64,000 bases of DNA from Macrostomum hystrix. Taxonomy: Eukaryota > Animalia > Platyhelminthes. The stretch's first letter is position 1. Every line of letters starts with the position of its first letter. The stretch covers positions 1,798,001 to 1,862,000 of the forward strand of contig CATNEN010000015.1 of NCBI GenBank assembly GCA_950097015.1. Direction: 5' to 3'. This document shows, one piece after another, positions 10,564 through 22,639 of the stretch. Position numbers and translations under genes: made by a program. Below the pieces are notes generated by a model. That model made no database searches, had not been told where the DNA came from, and worked only from the letters and a program-made list of their open reading frames with translations.

Positions 10564-12705
10564 CATGGGATAATGACTGGACACAATGGCAATTAAAGGA
10601 TCATGGGATAATGACTGGACACAATGGTCATTGAAGGATCATGGGATAATGACTGGACACAATGGCCATTGAAGGATCATGGGATAATGACTGGACACAA
10701 TGGTCATTGAAGGATCATGGGATAATGACTGGACACAATGGTCATTGAAGGATCATGGGATAATGACTGGACACAATGGTCATTGAAGGATCATGGGATA
10801 ATGACTGGACACAATGGTCATTGAAGGATCATGGGATAATGACTGGACACAATGGTCATTGAAGGATCATGGGATAATGACTGGACACAATGGTCATTGA
10901 AGGATCATGGGATAATGACTGGACACAATGGCCATTGAAGGATCATGGGATAATGACTGGACACAATGGTCATTGAAGGATCATGGGATAATGACTGGAC
11001 ACAATGGTCATTGAAGGATCATGGGATAATGACTGGACACAATGGTCATTGAAGGATCATGGGATAATGACTGGACACAATGGTCATTGAAGGATCATGG
11101 GATAATGACTGGACACAATGGCCATTGAAGGATCATGGGATAATGACTGGACACAATGGCCATTGAAGGATCATGGGATAATGACTGGACACAATGGTCA
11201 TTGAAGGATCATGGGATAATGACTGGACACAATGGCCATTGAAGGATCATGGGATAATGACTGGACACAGTGGTCATTGAAGGATCATGGGATAATGACT
11301 GGACACAATGGTCATTGAAGGATCATGGGATAATGACTGGACACAGTGGTCATTGAAGGATCATGGGATAATGACTGGACACAATGGCCATTGAAGGATC
11401 ATGGGATAATGACTGGACACAGTGGTCATTGAAGGATCATGGGATAATGACTGGACACAATGGTCATTGAAGGATCATGGGATAATGACTGGACACAGTG
11501 GTCATTGAAGGATCATGGGATAATGACTGGACACAATGGTCATTGAAGGATCATGGGATAATGACTGGACACAATGATCATTGAAGGATCATGGGATAAT
11601 GACTGGACACAATGGCAACTAAAGGATCATGGGATAATGACTGGACACAATGGCAACTAAAGGATCATGGGATAATGACTGGACACAATGGCAACTAAAG
11701 GATCATAGGATAATGACTGGACACAATGGCAACTAAAGAATCATGGGATAATGACTGGACACAATGATCATTGAAGGATCATGGGATAATGACTGGACAC
11801 AATGGTCATTGAAGGATCATGGGATAATGACTGGACACAATGATCATTGAAGGATCATGGGATAATGACTGGACACAATGGCCATTGAAGGATCATGGGA
11901 TAATGACTGGACACAATGGCCATTGAAGGATCATGGGATAATGACTGGACACAGTGGTCATTGAAGGATCATGGGATAATGACTGGACACAATGGTCATT
12001 GAAGGATCATGGGATAATGACTGGACACAATGATCATTGAAGGATCATGGGATAATGACTGGACACAATGGCCATTGAAGGATCATGGGATAATGACTGG
12101 ACACAATGGCCATTGAAGGATCATGGGATAATGACTGGACACAGTGGTCATTGAAGGATCATGGGATAATGACTGGACACAATGGTCATTGAAGGATCAT
12201 GGGATAATGACTGGACACAGTGGTCATTGAAGGATCATGGGATAATGACTGGACACAATGGTCATTGAAGGATCATGGGATAATGACTGGACACAATGAT
12301 CATTGAAGGATCATGGGATAATGACTGGACACAATGGCAACTAAAGGATCATGGGATAATGACTGGACACAATGGCAACTAAAGGATCATGGGATAATGA
12401 CTGGACACAATGGCAACTAAAGGATCATGGGATAATGACTGGACACAATGGCAACTAAAGAATCATGGGATAATGACTGGACACAATGATCATTGAAGGA
12501 TCATGGGATAATGACTGGACACAATGGTCATTGAAGGATCATGGGATAATGACTGGACACAATGGTCATTGAAGGATCATGGGATAATGACTGGACACAA
12601 TGGTCATTGAAGGATCATGGGATAATGACTGGACACAATGGTCATTGAAGGATAATGGGATAATGGGATAGCGATAATGACAGAATGATCATTGAAGGAT
12701 CATTT
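10564..12705. repeat. 38-bp minisatellite (GAAGGATCATGGGATAATGACTGGACACAATGGTCATT)
   Basis: About 56 highly homogeneous units; a 722-bp higher-order duplication is visible. Confidence 0.97.
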
Positions 12706-13566
12706 GTGTTGTCATCATTGCCTCTGTGCAATGCTTACTTTGGCAAAAATGATCAAGGTCAATGTGCCACTTGAGTTAGGAAGCGGTTTTAGTCGGTCAC
12801 ACGTCCAGTACTTTTATATTGTGCAGTAACTTTGTTTGGGTGTGTTAAAAAATCAATTTTAACAAACAATAATTAGCTTTCTTCATTGTCTTTATAGACT
12901 ATCCAACTATTAGACTATCTAATAGTTATAGGAGACTATATATTGCTCTGGATTGCCAGTTCATTGAAGGCTAAGTCAGGCTTTGGTTGTCAAGGCCTGT
13001 TAAAAGTACAATTTGATCAGTTAATGGATAATTTTATAGATAATTTAGCAAAACAAAGGACGCATTGCTGTGACTTTTAAACTATCGGTTAACTATTTGA
13101 TGATAATAAAAAATATTTAAAATAAGAGAACTCACTGACGCATTCAGTTTAACTGTTTTACTAAGGCGTTGCGCATAGTTATTAACGGATTAGGAATAAA
13201 TATAGGATTTTAAGGATGATTAATAAGCACAAGAGCTGGCGGGTTGAAGAAAAAAAATTAACAGAAAAAGATTTGCTTTGTCTTGTTCCCAGAAATTAAT
13301 CGCATATATTGATTGATTTAAAAGTAGAGTTATCATTAGAGAAGCACGTTTCATAGCTTAGTAACTAAGCATAGACTGACTATATAGCAGTTTGAATAAA
13401 TAAATATTGATAGTTGTGTGTAAATATGCCCAGCACTACGGCGAGCTCTGGGATCCGGGATTGGGGATTCGGGGAGACACTGAGAAACAGACTGGACACT
13501 GATTTGTGTAATATTTATAAATCAATAAGCACAGCAGGTCAGGTGCTGACTGCCGGGTCAGCTGCA

Positions 13567-13967
13567 TCATTCCCGCTCAACCACCTGACCGCCCGGGCTC
13601 ATCTCCTTGGCTTCCTGCGCATCCTGGACTATCGCGCACAGGGGGCAGCACAGGTGGACGAAGAAGTCGCCGATGAAGCTGCCGTTGATGCCCTGCTTTT
13701 CGCGCACCTTGCCGCGGACGATGGCGCCGAGGCAGGGGCCGACGAAGAGGTAGCCGATGGCGCAGAGCATGCAGCTGTCTCCGACAGCCTCGGCCGTTTT
13801 GCCGTGCGTGTAGCAGGGCACGAAGTAGGTGATGATGCAGAGGCCTGCGGTGGTACAGGTCGATCATTTTGGTTCTGAATAATTTGGATTTTCTCTAGCA
13901 GTCAGCATCCCGAACACTTACCGCAGTCATCGAAGCATCCGCACAGTCCGTGCTTGAATTCGGCCAT
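13567..13967 (-). CDS. PLAC8/cornifelin (DUF614) family cysteine-rich protein, 2 exons, 107 aa
   Basis: complement(join(13567..13844,13922..13967)); 77-nt intron GTAAGT...CCGCAG, phase 1. Protein MAEFKHGLCGCFDDCGLCIITYFVPCYTHGKTAEAVGDSCMLC...VRGKVREKQGINGSFIGDFFVHLCCPLCAIVQDAQE carries the family GLCGCFDD and CCPxCAxxQ motifs. Confidence 0.93.
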
Positions 13968-14855
13968 GGTTGCAGCGCAGTCGCCTTCCTGTGCGCGGTT
14001 CGCAGGTTCGCTAGGAGTATTGCCGGGGCTTGCAGTGCGACTTCTGGGGTGGCTGGGCGGGCCGCATGGCTGTGGAACGCCACTTTAAGAGGCCGAAAGC
14101 TGCGGAGAGGCGGGTCGGAGGAGGGTGGGAGGGTGGACCAGTCCAGGGCGTCATAGTCACCATTGGCTTGGCTTTCACGGCGCGGGCCGGGCAAAGATCC
14201 CCCATCCCTTCTCTACTCTGCGCCCGTATTCTCCCTTCCCCCAAAACCTCTGGATGTGGCACAACTGGATTGGGGGATTATAGAATCCCATTCCTGTGGG
14301 GGGATTGTCTACGGGCGAAGGGGAAGCGGTCTGGGGGTCCGCTCATCAGCCGCACGCGATCGCACCTAATATCGATCCTTTTTGGCGTTTATTCTAGGCG
14401 CGGCGGCGGGGGGCGCGGCACGAGTGGGAGCGGGCGGGGGATCTGGTTGAAACGGGTCCTCGCCTCGGTCTTTCTTACTCTCTCCCTTCGTCTCTCTCTT
14501 CCCATTTCTCTGTTTCCCATAAGGGAGGAATAGAGGAAATATGGGATCGATGTACACACGCACACGCACACACACACACACACACACTCACACAAGCCAA
14601 CTGAAATAGCAGGCCACACAGTAATGTGAGGGCATTCGGCAATAAGCGGAGGATCTGCTTAGGTTAGAGAGAAAATAAGAATAGGGGAGATTTCAGGGGA
14701 GTTGTGAGGGCGCCACAGAAATCGATATATTTTCTGCTCGTGAAATCTGATCAGACAGTTTCTGTGACTTGTGGAGTGCGTAGACAGAAATTGGTGAAAC
14801 TGTTGAGCACGAGTTGGAAAAAACAGAGATAGTTACATCAAAGTAGACAGAAACA

Positions 14856-15736
14856 GATTGGAGTAGATTGGAGTAGATTGGAGTAGATTGGAGTAGATTG
14901 GAGTAGATTGGAGTAGATTGGAGTAGATTGGAGTAGATTGGAGTAGATTGGAGTAGATTGGAGTAGATTAGAGCAAATTGGAGTAGATTAGAGCAGATTG
15001 GAGTAGATTGGAGTAGATTGGAGTAGATTGGAGTAGATTGGAGTAGATTGGAGTAGATTGGAGTAGATTGGAGTAGATTAGAGCAGATTGGAGTAGATTG
15101 CAGTAGATTGGAGTAGATTGGAGTAGATTGGAGTAGATTTGAGTAGATTAGAGCAGATTGGAGTAGATTGCAGTAGATTGGAGTAGATCGGAGTAGATTA
15201 GAGCAAATTGGAGTAGATTAGAGCAGATTGGAGTAGATTGGAGTAGATTGGAGTAGATTGGAGTAGATTGGAGTAGATTGGAGTAGATTAGAGCAAATTG
15301 GAGTAGATTGGAGTAGATTGGAGTAGATTGGAGTAGATTGGAGTAGATTGGAGTAGATTAGAGCAAATTGGAGTAGATTAGAGCAGATTGGAGTAGATTG
15401 GAGTAGATTGGAGTAGATTGGAGTAAATTGGAGTAGATTAGAGTAGATTAGAGCAAATTGGAGTAGATTAGAGCAGATTGGAGTAGATTAGAGCAGATTG
15501 GAGTAGATTGGAGTAGATTGGAGTAGATTGGAGTAGATTGGAGTAGATTAGAGCAGATTGGAGTAGATTAGAGCAGATTGGAGTAGATTGGAGTAGATTG
15601 GAGTAGATTAGAGCAGATTGGAGTAGATTAGAGCAGATTGGAGTAGATTAGAGCAGATTGGAGTAGATTGGAGCAAATTGGAGTAGATTAGAGCAGATTG
15701 GAGTAGATTAGAGCAGATTGGAGTAGATTGGAGCAG
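14856..15736. repeat. 10-bp minisatellite (GAGTAGATTG, variants GAGCAGATTG/GAGTAGATTA)
   Basis: About 88 units. Confidence 0.97.
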
Positions 15737-16624
15737 AAATACTGAATAAAATTGAGCAGTTGTTTCTCCAATATAGTTTTGTACAGTTGCTATGCAAAAC
15801 AGACTAAGATCTAAAAATAGAACTCTTTACCGCATCAGCCCCAATTGGGAAAAAGTTCACCCAATGGGGATATTTTCTTATTGCTAGAAATGCGCTGATT
15901 GGGATGGGAGATATTATTTGCGGGTAAATCACTAACTAGCATTATTTCCTATGGCGGTCAAACGCTTGACTTGCTTCTTATTCTCTCTGTATATTTTTCT
16001 CTGTCTGATTTAGTGGCTCTTCATCTGGCCCGGTTGCCTCTCTTTTTCTTTCCTTTAACAGACAGCAGCAGCAGCGGCAGCAGCAGCAGCAGCAGAGGAA
16101 TTGACTTTGCAAGCCAAGCAATGCCAATGTACAGCGAACATGTGACCCGCCCTTCTAGGCCTGGAATCATTCCTTTTTTCTTACCCCTCCGAACTGGTAG
16201 GACTTCAAGGTCTACCACCAACCCCACCCTCCGCCGCCCACCCCACTCCGCCAGGGCCTCACCGAGAGACCCGGGCGGCCGCTGCGCCCTGCACGCTAGA
16301 CTTTCTCTTTTTTTATATGAAATGCGAAGCGTAGCCAAACCCCGGGGTGTGATCTGCGGGCGGGTCTGGCTGCCGCAATCGGTCCCTCTCCCTCTTATAT
16401 TTCTCTCAGACACTGCCGAGTTCGCTACTCACATTTCACTGATCCCCCATTGTGCAGCGTATGCATTTATATGGCATCTGCTTTTCTTTGCTGAAATCTT
16501 CGCCACATCTACTAAGGATGGGCCCGGCTCTGCTTCCGTTAAAGATGCGACAGATGCTTGAGCTAGGATATTTCTTTGAGAACTCTGGACCCTGGGAGAA
16601 TACAGATTGCTTGATTCACTTCCT

Positions 16625-18830
16625 CACAATCTCCCTCACTCTCCCTCTCAATCTTGATCTCACTCTCCCTCTCAATCTCCCTCAATCTCCCTCTTCCTCT
16701 CCCCCTCAATCTCCCTCTCCATCTCCCCCTCAATCTCCCTCTCCCTCTCCCCCTCAATCTCCCTCTCCCTCTCCCCCTCAATCTCCCCTCAATCTCCCTC
16801 TCTCTCCCTCTCTCTCCCTCTCAATCTCCCTCTCCCTCTCCCCCTCAATCTCCCCTCAATCTCCCTCTCTCTCCCTCTCAATCTTGATCTCACTCTCCCT
16901 CTCAATCTCCCTCAATCTCCCTCTCCCTCTCCCCCTCAATCTCCCCTCAATCTCCCTCTCTCTCCCTCTCTCTCCCTCTCAATCTCCCTCTCCCTCCCCC
17001 CCTCAATCTCCCCTCAATCTCCCTCTCTCTCCCTCTCAATCTTGATCTCAATCTCCCTCTCAATCTCCCCTCAATCTCCCTCTCCCTCTCCCCCTCAATC
17101 TCCCTCTCCCTCTCCCCCTCAATCTCCCTCTCCCTCTCCCCCTCAATCTCCCTCTCCCTCTCCCCCTCAATCTCCCTCTCTCTCCCTCTCCCTCTCCCCC
17201 TCAATCTCCCTCTCCCTCTCCCCCTCAATCTCCCTCTCCCTCTCCCCCTCAATCTCCCTCTCTCTCCCTCTCTCTCCCTCTCAATCTCCCTCTCCCTCTT
17301 CCCCTCAATCTCCCCTCAATCTCCCTCTCTCTCCCTCTCAATCTCCCTCTCCCTCTCCCCCTCAATCTCCCCTCAATCTCCCTCTCTCTCCCTCTCAATC
17401 TCCCTCTCCCTCTCCCCCTCAATCTCCCCTCAATCTCCCTCTCTCTCCCTCTCAATCTTGATCTCAATCTCCCTCTCAATCTCCCTCTCAATCTTGATCT
17501 CAATCTCCCTCTCTCTCCCTCTCAATCTCCCTCTCAATCTCCCTCTCTCTCCCTCTCTCTCCCTCTCAATCTCCCTCTCCCTCTCCCCCTCAATCTCCCC
17601 TCAATCTCCCTCTCTCTCCCTCTCAATCTTGATCTCAATCTCCCTCTCAATCTCCCCTCAATCTCCCTCTCCCTCTCCCCCTCAATCTCCCTCTCCCTCT
17701 CCCCCTCAATCTCCCTCTCCCTCTCCCCCTCAATCTCCCTCTCCCTCTCCCCCTCAATCTCCCTCTCCCTCTCCCCCTCAATCTCCCTCTCCCTCTCCCC
17801 CTCAATCTCCCTCTCCCTCTCCCCCTCAATCTCCCTCTCTCTCCCTCTCCCTCTCCCCCTCAATCTCCCTCTCCCTCTCCCCCTCAATCTCCCTCCCTCT
17901 CCCTCTCTCTCCCTCTCAATCTCCCTCTCCCTCTTCCCCTCAATCTCCCCTCAATCTCCCTCTCTCTCCCTCTCAATCTCCCTCTCCCTCTCCCCCTCAA
18001 TCTCCCCTCAATCTCCCTCTCTCTCCCTCTCAATCTCCCTCTCCCTCTCCCCCTCAATCTCCCCTCAATCTCCCTCTCTCTCCCTCTCAATCTTGATCTC
18101 AATCTCCCTCTCAATCTCCCTCTCAATCTTGATCTCAATCTCCCTCTCTCTCCCTCTCAATCTCCCTCTCAATCTCCCTCTCTCTCCCTCTCTCTCCCTC
18201 TCAATCTCCCTCTCCCTCTCCCCCTCAATCTCCCCTCAATCTCCCTCTCTCTCCCTCTCAATCTTGATCTCAATCTCCCTCTCAATCTCCCCTCAATCTC
18301 CCTCTCCCTCTCCCCCTCAATCTCCCTCTCCCTCTCCCCCTCAATCTCCCTCTCCCTCTCCCCCTCAATCTCCCTCTCTCTCCCTCTCTCTCCCTCTCAA
18401 TCTCCCTCTCCCTCTCCCCCTCAATCTCCCCTCAATCTCCCTCTCTCTCCCTCTCAATCTCCCTCTCCCTCTCCCCCTCAATCTCCCCTCAATCTCCCTC
18501 TCTCTCCCTCTCAATCTCCCTCTCCCTCTCCCCCTCAATCTCCCCTCAATCTCCCTCTCTCTCCCTCTCAATCTCCCTCTCCCTCTCCCCCTCAATCTCC
18601 CCTCAATCTCCCTCTCTCTCCCTCTCAATCTTGAACTCAATCTCCCTCTCAATCTTGATCTCAATCTCCCTCTCTCTCCCTCTCAATCTCCCTCTCAATC
18701 TCCCTCTCAATCTCCCTCTCTCTCCCTCTCAATCTCTCTCTCAATCTCTCTCTCAATCTCCCTCTCAATCTCCCTCTCACTCGCCTCTTAATCTCCCTCT
18801 CAAACCCCCCTCAATCTCCTCGATCTCCCA
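16625..18830. repeat. CT-rich compound satellite (CTCCCT / CTCAAT units) with 635-bp higher-order duplication
   Basis: Polypyrimidine array punctuated by CAAT; ORFs at 17249-17503 and 17884-18138 give identical peptides. Confidence 0.95.
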
Positions 18831-19309
18831 CTCACTCGCCCTATTCTCCCTCTGCATATCCTTCTCTGTCTCCTCAAAGTACTTAATAAACATCTCTAGT
18901 CTAGGAAGCGAAGCGCAACGAAAAAAACAAAAGAAAAATTAAAAACAAAATTCGTCCAATTTTCAAAACGAGTACTTGATAAACAGCAACAGCTGCATTG
19001 GCTGAAGCACTGGCTGTGTTGTGCTGCTAGCAGCAATAACACAGCCCCCTCTCAGTCTACCGAGCCTCTAATTCAAACCCCTTCTAATCCTTTTCAGCTG
19101 TTGCAGAATCTGCGAGCGAAATGTGCTTGCCTTCCTCTCGGAATCCGGTTGCCATGGCAACGCATGGCGGTGACAGTGTTTGCGATTCATCGCCCATGCT
19201 TTCCTGTGGCAGTTTCTGTTGAAGCAAAATGAAAGCATAAACTACTGGGCCCGTGTCCGCCACTGGGATTTGACTTACAGTCTCTCCCACACAGAGGATG
19301 AGACTGCGT

Positions 19310-19790
19310 GGGTGAGATTGTGAGACTGTGTGAGAGAGAGAGGGTGAGACTATGTGGGTGAGAGGGTGAGACTGTGTGGGTGAGAGGGTGAGACTGTGTG
19401 AGAGAGAGAGGGTGAGACTATGTGGGTGAGAGGGTGAGACTGTGTGGGTGAGAGGGTGAGACTGTGTGAGAGAGAGAGGGTGAGACTATGTGGGTGAGAG
19501 GGTGAGACTGTGTGGGTGAGAGGGTGAGACGGTGTGAGAGAGAGAGAGGGTGAGACTATGTGGGTGAGAGGGTGAGACTATGTGGGAGAGAGAGGGTGAG
19601 GCTGTGTGGGAGAGAGGGTGAGGCTGTGTGGGAGAGAGGGTGAGACTGTGTGGGAGAGAGGGTGAGACTGTGTGGGAGAGAGGGTGAGACTGTGTGAGAG
19701 AGAGAGGGTGAGGCTGTGTGGGAGAGATGGTGAGACTGTGTGGGAGAGAGGGTGAGGCTGTGTGGAAGAGAGGGTGAGACTATGGGAGAC
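19310..19790. repeat. About 19-23-bp minisatellite (GAGAGGGTGAGACTGTGTG core)
   Basis: Direct reading. Confidence 0.9.
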
Positions 19791-20299
19791 AAAGTGAGAA
19801 TATGTGTGAGGAGGTGACTTGCAATGGTGGAAGTTCATATATAATCATATAGCCAAAAGCAAGGCCAGTCTGAACTGTACGCTGGTACCACGTTACGTTA
19901 ATACGCTTGTAGCCCCGGCTCTGACCTAGAATTAATTTTTGGATTTGCTGTGACGTGAAATTTGACCTGTTTACTAATTTTGGTGTCCAGAGCAGGCGGA
20001 AGAAAGCTTTGTTGCCGCAGGCAAGAGCCAATTGAGGTCACGCGCTTGTTTTGGTATTTCGCTGCAATTTTATTTTTCACCGGCTTTGCTATGCTTTGGA
20101 TGCGTCCAAAAGCAAGCTGTTTGTTTTGTTAAATTACGTGTGGTCCGAGCTGTTGAAAAGCTACTTGTAGTAGAATAACTGTGTGTTAAGCAATGTAAAT
20201 AACTATGCACAATTAATAAACCTTACTTAACTCGTTGACTTTATGGAAAATTTTATTTTTTGCAATTATTAACTTTCAGAATTACACACAAACTCCCTT

Positions 20300-21070
20300 C
20301 TTATCTCTCCCCTGTCTCATCTCTCCCCTGACTCAACTCTCCCCTGTCTCATCTCTCCCCTGACTCAACTCTCCCCTGTCTCATCTCTCCCCTGACTCAA
20401 CTCTCCCCTGTCTCATCTCTCCCCTGTTTCATCTCTCCCCTGTTTCATCTCTCCCCAGTCTCATCTCTCCCCTGACTCAACTCTCCCCTATCTTATCAAT
20501 CCCACGTCTCACCTCTCCCCTGTCTCATCTCTCGCCTGTCTCATCTCTCGCCTGTCTCATCTCTCCCCTGTTTCATCTCTTTCCAGTCTCATCTCTCCCC
20601 TGTTTCATCTCTTTCCAGTCTCATCTCTCCCCTGTCTCATCTCTCCCCTGTCTCATCTCTCCCCTGTCTCATCTCTCCCCTTTCTCATCTCTCCCCTGTC
20701 CCATCTCTCCCCTGTCTCATCTCTCCCCTGTCTCATCTCTCCCCTGTCTCATCTCTCCCCTGTCTCATCTCTCCCCTGTCTCATCTCTCCCCTGTCCCAT
20801 CTCTCCCCTGTCTCATCTCTCCCCTGTCTCATCTCTCCCCTGTCTCATCTCTCCCCTGTCTCATCTCTCCCCTGTCTCATCTCTCCCCTGTCTCATCTCT
20901 CCCCTGTCTCATCTCTCCCCTGTCTCATCTCTCCCGTCTCATCTCTCCCCTGTCTCATCTCTCCCCTGTCTCATCTCTCCCCTGTCTCATCTCTCCCCTG
21001 TCTCATCTCTCCCCTGTCTCATCTCTCCCCTGTTTCATCTCTCTCCAGTCTCATCTCTCACCTGTCTCAT
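20300..21070. repeat. 16-bp minisatellite (CTCTCCCCTGTCTCAT)
   Basis: About 48 units; reverse complement is one mismatch from the unit inside the hAT MITE. Confidence 0.95.
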
Positions 21071-22207
21071 TTATATCATCTAGACTTTGGCCAAGCCTTT
21101 CAGAGCCTACTACAAAAACTAAAGAATGGCATCAAAGTTGTGAATTCTGTGCGGGCTTTATGAAAATTCTTTATTATTAACAAAAGCATCTTTTCAAGGG
21201 GGCCTGGGTTCTCTTTGAGCGCAGTGGCTATTGGTGTGAAATCCACACTCTAATGTTGAATTTCGTGAGGAATATTCGACACCAAGCAGTTTAAAATGGC
21301 TGCAGGGGTGGGCGGTCTGAAGTGGCAGCTGAAAGGCGCAGCCTGGGCTGACTCTATCAAAATATCAGATCATGAGAACCAGCTGTGGGCGGAGCAGTCT
21401 ATGGGATTGGAACAGTTTGCTCAGCTAGTGCTCAACCATGTAGATCCAAACCTGGGCTATCTGCAGATGCATGCAACGAGATGCGGGGGTTGCGGCTTTA
21501 GTTTACTCAGTAACCACTTGAAACTTCGGTCTCTGCAATGAGAACTGTCATTGATGGCATGCCTGAGGGTCTGTCTGTGTGTGTTCAATACCGATTGTCT
21601 TCTAGTCAAACACTTAATAAACTTCTTGGCTTCGTTGCTCATCTTGACTAAAGACCAAATGTTCTTTGAGTCTATCGGCCCGGAGACCAATCTTGACGGC
21701 TTTAAATAGGAGGCCGCACTAAAGCGCAGTCAGTTCTGACCGAAAAGGAGCAGAATCTACGACTGTTTTGCTGTGCCTACAGGTATAATCCGGTTGCATC
21801 GTGCCGCATTAGTTGCACCCAACTGTGCTCATGTACTCAAAGCTAAAGGTGAGTTCCTAAATTGTAGTTAGATTTTCGACTGTGTGGTTTGTTACATACA
21901 GAAGACTGTCAGTAATTGGAAAAAAACAATTATCATCCCCATATTTAGTAGAACAAACAAATTCAATTTGATCTCGTTCACTGTTCAGCTGTTATGCCTG
22001 AGAGGTGAGAACATAACCGTTTGCTTAGCCCTCTCGATGTGTGCGCGCCCAGGCGTGTGTCTTAGAATTTGACAAACAGAGCAGCATTAACTTGTTCTAT
22101 TGACAGATGGCCAGCCTAGTCCACCGTATAAATGTGGCACCTAGTCTAAGGTCACAGAGTGGAATTACACCAGTTAGTCTCAGTTTGAGCAATCGGGATA
22201 CTAGACA

Positions 22208-22639
22208 ATGATTCCAGTATCCATGCAGAACTGTCAGCTCAACCAAACCCAACTCAAGCAGCAGGAAGCTGCTGCTGCTGCTGCTGCTGCAGCTGCTTCG
22301 GCGCCGATGGAGAACGGCCTGTCGCACTCGATGGCCGCTCTGGGCCTCGACTCTGCTGCTGCCGCCGCGGCAGCCCTGCCCGATCCCGAAGCCGACGACG
22401 ATGACGAGAGCAGCGTCAAGGTGGACATCAAGCGCGGCATGGACACGGAGTCGTTTCGCCGCTTCGGCAAGCAGATGGTTGACTACGTGGCAGACTACCT
22501 GGAGAATGTGGCGGACCGCCCGGTCCTGCCCTCCGTGCAGCCCGGCTACCTGCGCGAGCTGCTCCCAGAGACGGCGCCGGAGAGGCCGGAGGACTTCGGC
22601 AAGGTCTTGGAGGATGTCGAGTCCAAGATTATGCCCGGG
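22208..22639 (+). CDS. Decarboxylase-like exon 1 (77-aa low-complexity extension then MDTESFRR...KIMPG)
   Basis: In-frame TAG at 22202; donor GGG|GTGAGG. The start could instead be a later ATG, e.g. 22439. Confidence 0.85.

Noticed and set aside
10564-12705. Regular 38-bp repeats superficially like a CRISPR array (also 29583-30637)
   Set aside because: Units are head-to-tail with no unique spacers, there are no cas genes, and the context is eukaryotic.
13567-13867. PLAC8-like ORF as an intronless retrocopy, as the ORF track suggests
   Set aside because: A 77-nt GT-AG intron joins it to an upstream exon supplying the conserved MAEFKHGLCGCFDDC start.
16452-18942. Ser/Pro/Leu-rich and RG/RE-rich ORFs, likewise at 6401-7268, 9190-9636 and 37916-39052
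   Set aside because: Artefacts of CT/GA simple repeats.
21296-21690. Short non-repetitive ORFs here and at 6038-6477, 35338-35841, 40925-41377 and 42691-43038
   Set aside because: No recognisable motifs or convincing splice pattern; may be old TE remnants, which only a database search could show.
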